Assembly (NCBI GenBank): GCA_020355085.1
Contig: CP070657.1
Coordinates: 1,967,109-2,025,504, forward strand
Reading direction: 5' to 3'
DNA: 58,396 nt
DNA from: Deltaproteobacteria bacterium
Lineage (GTDB): Bacteria; Desulfobacterota; DSM-4660; Desulfatiglandales; B25-G16
Made by a program: the position numbers and the translations under genes. Below are positions 50,333 to 58,396 of this stretch, piece by piece. Numbering within the stretch: the first letter of the stretch is position 1; every line of letters starts with the position of its first letter. The notes under the pieces were generated by a model, which saw only the letters and a program-made list of their open reading frames with translations, did not search any database and had not been told where the DNA came from.

Positions 50333-51181
50333 TTACGGTTTCTGTTTTCCGGCCATTTCTATTATGTACTCTACGAACCACTTCTCCTTGAGTTGGTCCC
50401 ACCGGCCATCGCCACGAACCTGCGACAGGAAGTTGTTGAGCCAGTTCAGAAAGTCCGGATCTCCCTTTCTGATGGCCCATGCCAGCGGTTCGTAAGTGAG
50501 GGGCTCATAGATCCCCACGGTTTTGTCCCTATACATGGCCGCAAAAACGCGTACCTGGGGTTCATCATAGATGAAGGCGTCTGCGAGGCCATTGGCCACC
50601 TGAAGGGCTCCCTCGCCCTCCATCTTGAACAGTCGCAGGGTGGCATTCGGCAGCAGCTTCTCGGCGGTAAAGGCCCCTGTGACGCCGAGTTTGCTGGTAA
50701 CAATGATGCCTTTCTTGTTGAGATCATGGTAGGTTTTAAATTTGTCCTTGTCCTTTCTCTGAATCAGCAGGCACTGGCCGATGTAGTAGCAAGGATCGCA
50801 AAAGTTGATCTTGAGGTTTCGGCTTTGAAGAACCGTCATCCCCGACATGATAATGTCGAATTTATGGGTCATCAGGGCCGGGATGATCCCCTCCCATGCG
50901 GTGTTGATAAGCTTAACCTTCTTTTCACCCCCTTCGCCGAAAATAGCCTTGCCCATCTCATAGGCCATGTCCACATCGAAGCCAACGATGTTACCCTTTT
51001 CATCCTGCATCTCAAAGGGCTGATATCCTGCTTCCATGCCCACCAACAGCTGACCTCGCTTTTGGATCTCCTCAAGAGTGGATGTCTTGGCGATATCTTC
51101 GGTTGTTAATGCCATTGCAGAGCCAAGGCAAAAGGCCCCAACAAGTAATACGGTTAGAGATACGATCAATGACTTTTTCAT
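50333..51181 (-). CDS. Amino-acid ABC transporter substrate-binding protein (family 3)
   Basis: Signal peptide and a periplasmic-binding-protein fold. First gene of the three-gene ABC operon. Confidence 0.88.
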   Translation of the reverse strand: MKKSLIVSLTVLLVGAFCLGSAMALTTEDIAKTSTLEEIQKRGQLLVGMEAGYQPFEMQDEKGNIVGFDVDMAYEMGKAIFGEGGEKKVKLINTAWEGIIPALMTHKFDIIMSGMTVLQSRNLKINFCDPCYYIGQCLLIQRKDKDKFKTYHDLNKKGIIVTSKLGVTGAFTAEKLLPNATLRLFKMEGEGALQVANGLADAFIYDEPQVRVFAAMYRDKTVGIYEPLTYEPLAWAIRKGDPDFLNWLNNFLSQVRGDGRWDQLKEKWFVEYIIEMAGKQKP

Positions 51182-51480
51182 GTTAGACTCCTCTCCTTAA
51201 GGTGAATGAAAAAAGAACTATGGGCCTTGCCGGAACCCATTTCCACGAATCCGTTTGGCAGCCACCTCCTTTCCCTTTTCGTTCCTCGCTAATCAACAAT
51301 TTCTGAACTTTACAGACTATTCTCCAATAATGTCAACAAGTTTATTGGGCGAGAATGACCCTGCAACCCAATGCCGGCACCCTTGCTGTGATCGTGGGTA
51401 GATCCACGCAAGAAGAACACATGAAATACCTGAGACTTGATCGCCTCGCCGGTCTGCAGGGAGCTGTGGACTGCGAGAAA

Positions 51481-52413
51481 TCACGGTGCCTTTATCCCCT
51501 TTCTTGAGGCAACTATAATCGCAAGAAATATCAATCCCATCCCGAGGCCTTGAAAGGACCCTATTGTTTCATTGAAAATGATATAGGCCAAAATCGAAGC
51601 CCCAATCGGCTCGCCCAGGATGGTAATTGCAACCATGCTGGTCTTCAGATGTTTTAGCGCCCAGTTAATGGCTGTGTGGCCGATCAGTTGGGGTACAACG
51701 GCAAGCAGCCCCATGTAGAAGTACGAGCTTGCCTTGTATCCGGTGAAGGGGATCCCCAGACAAAGGGAGGTGACCAATAACAGTACAGCTGAGAAGCTGT
51801 AAACGATTGACACGTATGATAGCACATCTATATCCTCTCGAAGGTGCGACCCGACCATGAGGTAGCCGCTCACCATAATAGCACCCAGCAGGGCGAGTGT
51901 ATCTCCCCACAGCTGAGCGGGATTCTGGACCGACAGGCCCCGCAGGCCACTATCGCCGACTGCCAAAATGATACTCCCCGAAAACGACAAGATAATGCCG
52001 AGGATCAGTTCAGGTGGCTGCCTTTCTTTGAAGAGCAGATAGGAAAGAAGCCCGACAAAAATAGGGTTTGTAGTAACAAGAACAACGCTGCTTGCCACCG
52101 AGGTATACTTGAGGGAGCTTATCCATAAAGAGAAGTGCAGTGACAGAAAGAAACCGCCCAGCATACCCAGCAGGAGCTGTCTTCTGGTAAACGAGCTGAA
52201 ACGGATGCCCCTGACCTTTGCGATAAACAGCAGCACTATTGAGGAGAGCGTTAGCCGGTAGGTAGCAATCATGAGAGACGGTACGTCATCACAGAGCCTG
52301 ATGAAAATCGCGGCAAAGGAAATAGCTACGATTCCAACCGAGACGCCGGCAATGGTTTTTATCAAGGGCCTCCCCCTCAACTTCTTGACGTCTTCAGGGC
52401 TTCTTGGGCGCAA
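51481..52413 (-). CDS. DMT-superfamily (EamA) transporter
   Basis: Ten predicted TM helices in two EamA-like repeats. Its start overlaps the end of the upstream gene. Confidence 0.8.
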   Translation of the reverse strand: MRPRSPEDVKKLRGRPLIKTIAGVSVGIVAISFAAIFIRLCDDVPSLMIATYRLTLSSIVLLFIAKVRGIRFSSFTRRQLLLGMLGGFFLSLHFSLWISSLKYTSVASSVVLVTTNPIFVGLLSYLLFKERQPPELILGIILSFSGSIILAVGDSGLRGLSVQNPAQLWGDTLALLGAIMVSGYLMVGSHLREDIDVLSYVSIVYSFSAVLLLVTSLCLGIPFTGYKASSYFYMGLLAVVPQLIGHTAINWALKHLKTSMVAITILGEPIGASILAYIIFNETIGSFQGLGMGLIFLAIIVASRKGIKAP

Positions 52414-54181
52414 TTAAACCCATAGTCTTCCCTTCCTTCAGATCCACGAGCCCCTCATCACAAATTCTCAAAAATGGTATGGCTGCCGTGGTGAGCGTCA
52501 TGAGGGTCAACAAGGGGTCTTCAAAGGGAACGCCCAGATCCTTCAGCGTTTTTCTTACCTCTTCCACCTTCTGTGCGAGCGTATGCATTGGCATATCAGA
52601 CATGAGCCCAAATATTGGCAAGGGGATTTCTGCCAGGATGTGCCCTTTGACACAAACTGCAACTCCTCCCCGGAAGGCATAAATTCGGTTCACAGCCCCT
52701 GCCATATCCTCATCATTTTCACCCACAACAATGATATCCGATATGTCCCAGGGAGCGCTACATGCAATTGCCCCTGCCCTCAAGCCAAACCCCTTGAAAA
52801 GTCCCACAAAAGTCTTCCCCGGAGCATGCCTTCGGTCGATAGCAGCTACCTTCAAAATGTCTTCTCTCACATCCGATCTGATCTCACCCTGAATAACCGG
52901 CACAGACAGTATAAGTTCCTTGGTCACCAAATCCGTAACCTGATCTATGACCCTGACACTCACGTGGGTGGCCTCTTTTTTCAGGGGTATACAAAAATCG
53001 GCCTGCTCAAATTCTCGTGAGAGGCGAATGCTGTTCAGGCTTCGGGCGGAAAAGGTGTGTTTTCTTGGAGAAACCAGAAGCTCCCCTCGCTTGGCAACAA
53101 TCTTACCCTTACTGACTACGTATTCGGCCTTAATGGTTTTGAGGTCGGGAACAATGACTAAATCCGCATATTTCCCCGGCGCAATCCCGCCAATGATACC
53201 GTCTAGACGAAAGTGCTCCGCCACGTTGATCGTTGCCATCTGAATAGCATGTATTGGATCGAAACCGCAATCAATGGCCTTCTGAACAACGAATTCCATG
53301 TATCCCTTCCTCAGCAAATCCTCTGGTCCTATACCATCAGTAACCAAAATGAGCCTTCTGAGGTCAACCCTTGAATCCCTTATTCTGGATATGGAATCAA
53401 GATCACTTCGTATGCTCCCCTCCCGTATCATGACATGCACGCCCAGTCTTAATCGCTCAAGAGCCTCTTCAGCATTTATTGGCTCATGGCAGGAGGATAT
53501 ACCAGAGGCTATATACGCCATGAGTTTCTCACCCTTTGCCCCTGCAGCATGCCCCTCTAATCTTTTGCCGCTATCAAGGGTTTCCTTGAAAATCGGAAGA
53601 TATTCCCCTGGTTCTTTTATCACCGTCTGCCAATAAGACTCGCCCAGCCCCAAAATATCATCTCTGGTAAGTAGCTTCTTGAGCACGCCTTTCGGCATAC
53701 CTCGTGCCCTTTTGCTTATGGAAACCATTGCGGGTACGGTACTAAAGATCTTGATGGGTTGCTCGCTGAGAGACGCCAGAAAATCAACTACTCCTTCATA
53801 CCCTGCTGTGTAGAAAAGCTCGATGATCTCAGTAATAATTGTCGTTGTGCCCCCAACCATGGCATAACGAAGAAACTCGCTTGTACTAAAGAGCCACACA
53901 AGATGAGCATGGCCGTCAATAAGCCCTGGAATAATGGTTTTCCCTGTTGCATCAATCACGTGTGTGCGGGGGCCGATCGTATCTTCTGGATCATTTCCTA
54001 CATAGGCAATCCACTCCCCTTTTATGGCCACCGAATAATCCTCTAACAATTCACCAGTATATACATTCAGTATGGTTGCATTGATAAGAGCCAGTTCGGC
54101 CTTTTCCCTACCGAGGGTGACGTTCATTAATTCCCTTGTCTTCTCTATGCCTCCTGTTGAGAGTATCCCATGCCTTCCCAT
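52394..54181 (-). CDS. ade: Adenine deaminase-like amidohydrolase
   Basis: GLIDGHAHL metal motif, GHAAGAKGEKLMAYIASGISSCHE, and a C-terminal domain matching the adenine-deaminase C-domain pattern (IIVVGENDEDMAGAVN...LPIFGLMS). 595 aa. Confidence 0.7.
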   Translation of the reverse strand: MGRHGILSTGGIEKTRELMNVTLGREKAELALINATILNVYTGELLEDYSVAIKGEWIAYVGNDPEDTIGPRTHVIDATGKTIIPGLIDGHAHLVWLFSTSEFLRYAMVGGTTTIITEIIELFYTAGYEGVVDFLASLSEQPIKIFSTVPAMVSISKRARGMPKGVLKKLLTRDDILGLGESYWQTVIKEPGEYLPIFKETLDSGKRLEGHAAGAKGEKLMAYIASGISSCHEPINAEEALERLRLGVHVMIREGSIRSDLDSISRIRDSRVDLRRLILVTDGIGPEDLLRKGYMEFVVQKAIDCGFDPIHAIQMATINVAEHFRLDGIIGGIAPGKYADLVIVPDLKTIKAEYVVSKGKIVAKRGELLVSPRKHTFSARSLNSIRLSREFEQADFCIPLKKEATHVSVRVIDQVTDLVTKELILSVPVIQGEIRSDVREDILKVAAIDRRHAPGKTFVGLFKGFGLRAGAIACSAPWDISDIIVVGENDEDMAGAVNRIYAFRGGVAVCVKGHILAEIPLPIFGLMSDMPMHTLAQKVEEVRKTLKDLGVPFEDPLLTLMTLTTAAIPFLRICDEGLVDLKEGKTMGLIAPKKP

Positions 54182-54610
54182 AGCAGAAATCTCCTTAATT
54201 CCTTATAAACGTTTCGCGCTCACTCCGTATTAGCATAACCATCAGCATGCCTTAAGAACACCACATTGGCTAAGATCCTTAGTTCTGGATAAAATTGAGA
54301 GTTTAGCCATTTTTTGACAACTTATCCGTCCCTATTGTGAAAAAAGCATCGGCCCGCTTAACGCAAGGTGCCATAGTATTTCCAAGAATGTCAGTGAGTC
54401 AAGGGGAAAGAAAAATCTCACAATCCGAGATTGGTCTTATGTAAACCAGTTTGCAGTGTTATTTCAGCCTGAAAAAACACCTCAGAGGTGACAGTCTGAT
54501 ATCACGTTTTGCCTATAGGTCCTCCGTTCTCTCATCTCCCTTCTTATTGATTGTCTCATTATGTGCCTTGGGCACACCAGGCCATCTTATGAGGAAGACC
54601 CCAGAAGGGA

Positions 54611-55065
54611 TCATAAATCGAAATCTATCACCAATGGCTCTTGTTCTTCTTGCAATTGTTCGTGCACTTTGATATACGCTTTGGGGTGCCACTCATCAAA
54701 GCCTACCGGGCTTGCACGATAACCTCGTGCCCACAATGAGCGCCAAACAGGGTCCTTTTCTTTTTCATGAGTTGACGATAGATCCGGATTGCACGCTTTG
54801 ATTCCAAATACCCTATTGTCATCGCCGTGCTGTATCTCGGTGGAACACGCACATGACGCTCCCCCTTCTCCCCAAGGGACTTCGGTCGGGGGGCCGTCTT
54901 ACTATTTTTCCGCCTGTGAATGTAGAACCTTTTCAATTTTCACCTTGAGCTATGGAGGTGGATCATTAACGATTCAGCCCCCTAATGACAAGGGGCTTGC
55001 GCAAGGAATTAGGCTCGAAGATGCGTCGCTGATTCAATGCATTTATAAGGTAAGATGATGCTCAT
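54611..55065 (-). pseudogene. Decayed IS200/IS605-family tnpA (Y1 transposase) remnant with frameshifts
   Basis: Minus-strand frames give ...HVRVPPRYSTAMTIGYLESKRAIRIYRQ... and, after a frameshift, LWARGYRASPVGFDEWHPKAYIKVHEQLQEEQ. These parallel IS200 TnpA (PPKMSVSSFMGYLKGKS...FWCRGYYVDTVG...YIKHQLEED). The HUH motif is degraded. Confidence 0.55.
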
Positions 55066-55195
55066 ATTTGTCCAGATGTCTTGTCGGTTTTAAGTCATCA
55101 ACTAGAGAGCCAGACTGGGGGTTCATGCGGTTATGATTGATAGGCGCAGGCTTATCCTAACAATAGAATCCTTTGAATTGAGGTAACAGATTACT

Positions 55196-56200
55196 ATGCA
55201 TCTTCCTAAGTTCGAATATCTTCGTCCGCCATCGGTGGGAGAGGCCTGCCGACTCCTGAAAAAGCACGGGCCTCGGGCAAGGTTGGCAGCAGGTGGTACT
55301 GATCTTTTTCCACGCATGAAGTACGGCTTAGAGAGCCCCGAAGTGGTCATCAGCCTCAAGGGAGTGCCCGTGAATTCACCCAAAATCACGGACAATGATG
55401 AATTGCACCTGGACGCCCTGATGACGTTGGCTGATGTGGCTCTTTCACCAATGGTTTTGAAAAGGGCCCTGATCCTTGCAGAAGCTGCTCTGCACGTGGG
55501 CTCTAACCAGATCCGCCATATGGGAACCCTAGGCGGCAATCTCTGTTTGGAGACCCGTTGCACCTTTTACAACCAAAGGCATACCTTCCAATATGTTGAA
55601 CCGTGCTTCAAGCGGGATGGTCACCGCTGCTATCTCTTACCAAAAGGAAAAAAATGTCAGGCCGTCTTTATGGCTGATACTGCCCCTGCCCTGATGTGCC
55701 TTGATGCAAAAGTTAAGATTATGTCAACCAGCAGTAATCGCCAACTGCCTGTAGAAGAGCTTTACTCTGGCAACTCGTTAGAGCCTGTAAGGCTTTCCGA
55801 CGATGAGATTGTGACTGATGTGATTATTCCCAACGCTGCTTCCCTGCGTGGGACGGGTTTCAAAAAGTTCAGCTCGAGGGGCGGTTTGGAATTCGCCGCT
55901 CTTACAGTGGCAGCGCTTCTGGATATGGTAGATAATGGCAAGACCTGTGCTAGGGCACGTATTATATTAGGCTCTGTCACGGCAAGGCCCATTCGAGCGC
56001 TGAAAGCTGAGGCTGCTCTTTCAGGACAGGAACTCTCAGATAGACTCTTGCAGGATGCTGCCCATGAGGTCGCAGCCGAGGTACGCCCGGTTATGCATCA
56101 TGGATACTCGGTTCCATTTCTCAAGGAATGCCTTAGGGTTCAGACTCTTCGGACGTTGACCCTGGCAGCGAACCGCATCAACCACAGGCAACATGATTAA
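55196..56200 (+). CDS. FAD-binding subunit of a xanthine-dehydrogenase-family molybdoenzyme, 4-hydroxybenzoyl-CoA reductase beta (HcrB)-like
   Basis: CoxM/XdhB-type FAD domain (AAGGTDL). It carries a Cys-rich insertion with Cys117/122/137/145/154 (LCLETRCTFYNQ...EPCFKRDGHRCYLLPKGKKC). Confidence 0.75.
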   Translation: MHLPKFEYLRPPSVGEACRLLKKHGPRARLAAGGTDLFPRMKYGLESPEVVISLKGVPVNSPKITDNDELHLDALMTLADVALSPMVLKRALILAEAALHVGSNQIRHMGTLGGNLCLETRCTFYNQRHTFQYVEPCFKRDGHRCYLLPKGKKCQAVFMADTAPALMCLDAKVKIMSTSSNRQLPVEELYSGNSLEPVRLSDDEIVTDVIIPNAASLRGTGFKKFSSRGGLEFAALTVAALLDMVDNGKTCARARIILGSVTARPIRALKAEAALSGQELSDRLLQDAAHEVAAEVRPVMHHGYSVPFLKECLRVQTLRTLTLAANRINHRQHD

Positions 56201-56318
56201 CGGCCTTAATGTATATATCTTATGACGTATGGCAAACGTAAGGCTAGGGCCTGCTATGGTGAGCAGACCACCACTTTTTTTGAGGATTTTTAATGACTCG
56301 ACAGTAAGGAGAAAATAG

Positions 56319-56795
56319 GTGAAGCAACTCATTGAATTTCATGTTAACGGCGAGACCTATGAACTGGCCGTTGAACCGCAGACAACGCTGCTTGAAGTGC
56401 TGCGAGATCATTTGGGGTTGACCGGTACCAAGGAGGCCTGTGGCACAGGGGAATGTGGTTCGTGCACAGTCCTGATCGAGGGGAAACCCATCTTGTCCTG
56501 TCTGGCGTTAGCGGTGGATTGTCCTAACAAGGAGATTACAACGATAGAGGGTTTGTCTCAAGGTGAAAAACTGACGCCTGTGCAACAGGCGTTTGTGGAC
56601 TGCGGGGCTGTTCAGTGCGGCTTCTGCACGCCGGGCATGATCCTATCCGCCAGCGCATTGCTTAAAGAAAACCTCAGTCCCTCAGAGGATGAGATCCGAA
56701 AGGCCCTTGAAGGACACCTCTGCCGCTGTACGGGCTATAACAAGATTGTTGAGGCAGTCAATACGGCGGCAAAACGGCTGGCTACCGAGAGATAG
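56319..56795 (+). CDS. [2Fe-2S]-binding small subunit of a xanthine-dehydrogenase-family enzyme (HcrC/CoxS-like)
   Basis: CGTGECGSCTV and CGFCTPGM...CRCTGY motifs. GTG start with an AAGGAG RBS. Confidence 0.9.
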   Translation: MKQLIEFHVNGETYELAVEPQTTLLEVLRDHLGLTGTKEACGTGECGSCTVLIEGKPILSCLALAVDCPNKEITTIEGLSQGEKLTPVQQAFVDCGAVQCGFCTPGMILSASALLKENLSPSEDEIRKALEGHLCRCTGYNKIVEAVNTAAKRLATER

Positions 56796-56953
56796 TGAAA
56801 CCCGGCTTGGACTTATTATATGGGCGGTGAGGTTTTATTCTCGATCCTAAACACAGGATGCCCTCTATACGTTCAAGGAGCTGGCACTGGTAGGGGAAAG
56901 GTTTTGGCTGCCGCCATTTACCTGACCAATTGCTATGAAAGGATGATGCTGCC

Positions 56954-58396
56954 ATGAATTCTAGGAATGCAGAGATCCATAGAACTGATTATGTGGGTAA
57001 GCGCATACCGCGAAGAGATGGCCCGGATAAGGTCACAGGAAGGGCCAAGTTTACCGTGGATGTCAAGCTCCCCGGACTGCTGGTGGGTCGTATCTTACGA
57101 AGCCCCCATCCTCACGCCAAGATTCTGAACATCGATACGTCCCGTGCCGCGGCATTGAAGGGTGTGAAAGCGGTTATCACGGCCCAGGACACTATCGGCG
57201 TGAAGCATGGTTTCGTGGAAACTCCGAGATACCCGGCGGATCAATCACCCCTTGCAAGCGATCGCGTACGATTTGTGGGAGAGGAGATAGCGGCCGTCGC
57301 AGCTCGGGACCCCTATGTGGCAGAAGAGGCCCTGAGCCTCATTAAGGTAGACTACGAGCCCCTGCCGGCTGTCTTCGATCCGGAAGAGGCCATGCAACCC
57401 GGCGCTCCCGAGATCCATCCCACTCATCCAAAGGTGAAAGAGCCCCTCGCAAACATTGCGGGTAGAACAGAATCGGGATGGGGCGACATTGAGCTTGGCT
57501 TTGAACAGTCTGACTATGTACGGCAGGACCGGTTTGAAAGCCACCTGAGAACCCATGGGTACTTGGAACCACAGGTGACAGTGGCCAGTTATGAACCGAG
57601 TGGCAAGCTCAATGTATGGACATCCTCGCAGGGGCCTTTTATCAAGAGAGCTAAGTTGGCTCGGACCCTTGGCCTACCCTTCTCCACCGTACGTGTGCAG
57701 AAAGCCTATGTGGGAGGAGCCTTTGGAGGAAAGGTCGATCTTTTTACCCATGAGTTCTGTGCTGCACTGCTCTCTATGAAAGCCGGTGCTCCTGTCAAAA
57801 TGGAAGTCCCGCGAGAGGAGATCTTTGCTGCCGGTCGTCATGGCCAACCGCTCATTGTGGAAGTAAAGACAGGCGTGAAAAAGGACGGAACATTAGTAGC
57901 CCAAAAGTACCGGGTCATCAATAACTGTGGTGCCTATCGTGGGAGCGGTGTGGTCGTTATCTTTTTGGTGTGGGGCTTTATTATGGTTCCCTATCGGCTC
58001 CCCAACCTGCACTACGAAGGGTATGCCGTCTACACCAACAACCCGATCCGTGCCCCGCAGCGCGGCCATGGAGCCCCTCAACTGCGTTTTGCAGTGGAAT
58101 CCCAACTGGACATGATCGCTCAGGATCTTGGAATAGATCCTGTTGCGATCCGCCTCAAGAACGCCCGCCAAACAGGCGATCAACTTCCAAATGCAGATAA
58201 CGTGCACAATTGCGGCCTTACTGAGTGTATCCAGCAGGCTGCTGAACATACCCAGTTTTTGAGAAAATACGGAAAACAAAACAAGGCAGCCCATTCTAAC
58301 GGTCATATTCGTCGAGGCATCGGCATGGGAGTGAGTTCTTACATGACCGGTTCCCTCATCTACCCGAATAGTTCCTCCGTGGTGGTGAAACTGAAT
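56954..58396 (+). CDS. Molybdopterin-binding large subunit of a xanthine-dehydrogenase-family enzyme (HcrA-like), 3' end outside window
   Basis: Not in the ORF track because no stop occurs before the window end. My own translation from the ATG at 56954 gives MNSRNAEIHRTDYVGKRIPRRDGPDKVTGRAKFTVD...VGGAFGGK...APQRGHGAPQ, which is typical of this family. Confidence 0.85.
   Translation, partial: MNSRNAEIHRTDYVGKRIPRRDGPDKVTGRAKFTVDVKLPGLLVGRILRSPHPHAKILNIDTSRAAALKGVKAVITAQDTIGVKHGFVETPRYPADQSPLASDRVRFVGEEIAAVAARDPYVAEEALSLIKVDYEPLPAVFDPEEAMQPGAPEIHPTHPKVKEPLANIAGRTESGWGDIELGFEQSDYVRQDRFESHLRTHGYLEPQVTVASYEPSGKLNVWTSSQGPFIKRAKLARTLGLPFSTVRVQKAYVGGAFGGKVDLFTHEFCAALLSMKAGAPVKMEVPREEIFAAGRHGQPLIVEVKTGVKKDGTLVAQKYRVINNCGAYRGSGVVVIFLVWGFIMVPYRLPNLHYEGYAVYTNNPIRAPQRGHGAPQLRFAVESQLDMIAQDLGIDPVAIRLKNARQTGDQLPNADNVHNCGLTECIQQAAEHTQFLRKYGKQNKAAHSNGHIRRGIGMGVSSYMTGSLIYPNSSSVVVKLN

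Noticed and set aside
54182-54450. Purine riboswitch upstream of the adenine deaminase-like gene
   Set aside because: Reading the minus strand shows no three-way junction and no conserved purine-riboswitch loop sequences.

Overview
Chromosomal window from a strictly anaerobic bacterium. Gene content (corrinoid methyltransferases, a RACo-type activator, 4-hydroxybutyryl-CoA dehydratase, a 4-hydroxybenzoyl-CoA-reductase-like enzyme, a multiheme cytochrome) suggests a Desulfobacterota/syntroph-like lineage; this is inference. The window spans the likely replication origin: ddl | ~1 kb AT-rich gap with DnaA-box-like 9-mers | dnaA, then mnmG and recG. The rest is mostly housekeeping: rplU-rpmA-obg-proB-proA-nadD-rsfS, lipA, ppiD, hup, an amino-acid ABC transporter and two EamA transporters. 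I found no rRNA, tRNA or CRISPR array. The items most worth a second look are: (1) a corrinoid methyl-transfer island at 16.0-24.4 kb, containing two UroD-type Zn methyltransferases, an MtrH-type methyltransferase, a B12-binding protein, a RACo activator with an in-frame TAG, a Cys-rich small protein, a tandem-domain CobO and a second CobO. (2) An in-frame TAA in a cytoplasmic Mo/W-bisPGD oxidoreductase. (3) A three-gene operon of a helical protein, an SPFH protein with zinc ribbons, and a double-zinc-ribbon protein. (4) A MoxR/AAA_5-like ATPase translationally coupled to a 606-aa protein with TraB/Tiki-like motifs and no vWA partner. (5) A ~184-nt rod-shaped imperfect palindrome downstream of ddl that looks like a 6S-type RNA. 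(6) A decayed IS200-type tnpA. (7) An xanthine-dehydrogenase-family trio whose FAD subunit carries the Cys-rich insertion typical of 4-hydroxybenzoyl-CoA reductase. All calls rest on reading the translations and the sequence by eye. No database search was run.
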